Shown here: in pieces, positions 62,231 through 64,000 of the stretch | Layout: each line of letters starts with the position of its first letter | Numbering within the stretch: the stretch's first letter is position 1 | NCBI GenBank assembly: GCA_013265495.1 | Contig: MU058009.1 | Location: 3,739,780-3,803,779, forward strand | Direction: 5' to 3' | Source of the DNA: Vicugna vicugna | Lineage: Eukaryota | DNA: 64,000 nt | Notes under the pieces: model-generated | What the model was told of the DNA's origin: nothing | What the model saw: only the letters and a program-made list of their open reading frames with translations | The model's database searches: none | Made by a program: the position numbers and the translations under genes

Positions 62231-63785
62231 AAGTTCTTTTTAAATGTGCACCGTGGTGGCACTAAGTCTGTGCTGCTCCCGTGGGCAAGGAGTAGGCTTC
62301 AGAATCAGGTTGATCCAGGCGCTCCCGACTCCTCCCCTCGTGACCGTGTAACTTTGAGCGAGTTCCTGCCTGCCTTCTGCGAGGCCGCATTCCATACATG
62401 ACATGGGATTCTAACAGCTCCCAGTGCAATGAGGGGCTTCCCTGAGGTGACACACAGGATGGACATTAACAAGGGCCAGTTTTCTCCTGAATCCTTGTCT
62501 AATTGATGTTGGCCCCAGTTTGGGGCAGAGCTAGACTTTTAATATTGCTTTTTTCATGGTGACATCTGCTCACAAGTGGCCAAAGAAATAGCTCCCTGTT
62601 TACTTCCCAGCTTCTGCGTGAAACGTCTGTTGCTTTGTCTAAGGTGACACATGCCAGCACAGAGGCCCAGGCCGTCCGCACCGCCTCCTGGTTACCTGCC
62701 CCAGCACTGCTGGGCTCGGTCCCTTTAAAACCCAGGTCCAGTCTGGTCTGCACCGCACAGCTGGGGCACCCGCCTCTGGCCAGCTAGGCGTGCTGCCCTG
62801 GGTATGGTTGTGTCCATGGAAGGCCAGAGTCATAGTCCATGAAAAAGTTAATTTAAAATTTTAAAAGCAAATAACAGGAGAGACATCCCACCTGCCAGGG
62901 AAGTAATCTTTTAAATCTTTTAGGTCATGGAGGAATGTGCGTGCGTGCTATGTATGTATTCCGGCCCTGTGCGCACACCCATGCTTTGTCTCCTCCCCTG
63001 GTTCCCAAAGCAGGTTCATCCGACCCACCTGTATTCTTGGCTGCTTCCCCGCCGGCCCACTGTCCAGGCCGTGCTGTCCGGTCACCTCTGCTCTCGCCGG
63101 GCCAGCGGCTTTCCCTGCTCGTCCTGTCCCTTCTGCGAGATGTGGAAAGCTGGCCCCAGATCAAAGTTGTTGAGCTGCCAGGCGGTAACCGGTCCTCTCT
63201 TACCATTATTGACAGTGAGCCTTCCCTGCCCCTAATTTGGATCTCTGCCTACCTCCTCCACCACCTACCTTCTTCTCAGTTCTTGTGACTGAGCCACAAG
63301 AACAAAAATCAAAAATACAAATGTCCTTACATCGATACTTGGCATGAAGTTTCATCTCTCGAAAGCCAGTCTAGCCCTAGTGGTACACAAGAGAACGTAT
63401 CTTGCAGAGAGGTTGTGAGGATGTGACAAAAATGAAAGTTCTTGGAACAAATATGCAATCAAAACATGGAAGCATTCTCCGTTTGCTTCCCAGACTCTGA
63501 CTCTGGCCTCTTCCTGCAGCTCAGCTTCGCTGAGATCTGATAGTCAGCACGGTTCCCCTCGTCGGCTCCTTTGCCCCCAACAGCTGGATCCCACCAGGTG
63601 TCAGTGCTGCTCCGGGCACAGCGTGGCCTCAGCAGAGTCAGCGTAGTTACCCAAAGAGCCCCTTACAGTCTGACCTGGTTCTCATGCAGTGGAACCATTT
63701 CTGGGAGGAAGAGTGTGGATTTATCTGTTCATGAAATTTACTGATTATAAGACGGTGGTGCCCCACTGGTGTCTAGAAGCATTAC

Positions 63786-64000
63786 TGTCGTAGGAAAGAG
63801 TCAGAGGGGACAGTCTGCTGAGTTGTCCAGATGTAGGAAAACTTTATTCAAAAGCAGACATAGAAGTTCCTAGTAAGGAAATCAGACACAGAAGCTTTAT
63901 TTGGAATTGCTCTGGCTGACATGGGGTAGGCTGGCCTCAGGACACACCTGTCATGCCACTCAAGCTGTACCTGTTTCGCATGGTTTGAGGTCATGCCATA
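63786..64000 (-). mobile_element. Possible LTR end running off the window
   Basis: Starts tgtcgtaggaaag, with reverse-strand AATAAA (tttatt) at 63843 and 63896, like the 3' end of a minus-strand LTR. Family not recognised. Confidence 0.3.

Noticed and set aside
1..64000. CRISPR array, operon or long tandem-repeat array
   Set aside because: No regularly spaced repeats or prokaryotic gene structure seen; the repeat content is mammalian.

Overview
This is mammalian non-coding genomic DNA, probably camelid: a vic-1-like tRNA-derived SINE lies at ~36984-37071 and there are cetartiodactyl-type L1 3' ends. I find no protein-coding exon, RNA gene, CRISPR array or prokaryotic system. The ORF track is mostly GC-rich noise, except where it crosses L1 or CR1 fossils. 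The window reads as a GC/CpG-rich gene desert or giant intron. It holds many MIR and L2 relics, MaLR/ERV LTRs, a hAT MER58A-like element, a ~5.9 kb minus-strand L1 complex (30667-36520) and a CR1/L3 reverse-transcriptase fossil (13690-14220). Between these are AT-rich, TAAT-dense unique islands that look like developmental enhancers. The items most worth follow-up are the well-preserved CR1 fossil, patchy AT->GC conversion inside L1 fossils, two tandem L1 halves in swapped order, TE-borne CTCF motifs, an orphan CpG island and the candidate enhancers. I cannot support a claim of a new biological system, and I cannot name the locus. Repeat family names come from recalled consensus sequences, and boundaries are approximate.
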